A stretch of DNA of 63,514 bases, the filler included, from Folioceros fuciformis (lineage: Eukaryota), in the NCBI GenBank assembly GCA_049999805.1. It is 12 parts of 12 records of this genome, joined end to end, with 100 filler letters (N's around TTAATTAATTAA, not from the genome) between each part and the next. Parts side by side here need not be neighbours in the genome. Positions count along the whole stretch, not along the records: positions 55,739 to 63,514 come from JBNGIO010003490.1; 11 more parts are not named here. The stretch is one strand, 5' to 3'. Of the stretch, positions 63,505-63,514 are shown piece by piece. A model generated the notes under the pieces. That model ran no database searches. It was not told the origin of the DNA and was given only the letters and a program-made list of their open reading frames with translations. The first letter of the stretch is position 1; every line of letters begins with the position of its first letter. Both the position numbers and the translations under genes were made by a program.

Positions 63505-63514
63505 CTGTTCCCAG

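Overview
Eukaryotic land-plant nuclear DNA, most likely a hornwort such as Anthoceros (inference from a GRP-type DYW:KP PPR gene, short GT-AG introns, TTTAGGG telomere repeats and a cilium-linked PTPDC1 homolog). The window is a pseudo-scaffold of 12 pieces joined by 11 artificial N-TTAATTAATTAA-N linkers, so adjacency across linkers is unreliable. Host genes: PTPDC1-like (3' part), an ASR3/SH4-type trihelix factor, organellar YchF/OLA1 ATPase (11 exons), HD-Zip class I factor, an intronless PLS-PPR-DYW(GRP) editing factor, an intronless mitochondrial-type PNPase, a small F-box gene and an aldo-keto reductase (3' part). Pseudogenes: choline-phosphate cytidylyltransferase and a PPR duplicate. 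Repeats: three Ty1/copia elements, a Tat/Ogre-like Gypsy LTR+PBS+gag that is cut off and capped by a telomere array, decayed CRE/R2-like non-LTR remnants, a foldback element, and four copies of an unassigned TE-borne ORF family. Most notable: an OSB-type PDF motif at the N-terminus of the putative U-to-C editing PPR, an apparent telomerase-healed break about 4 kb from it, the intronless PNPase, and the repeated unassigned ORF family.
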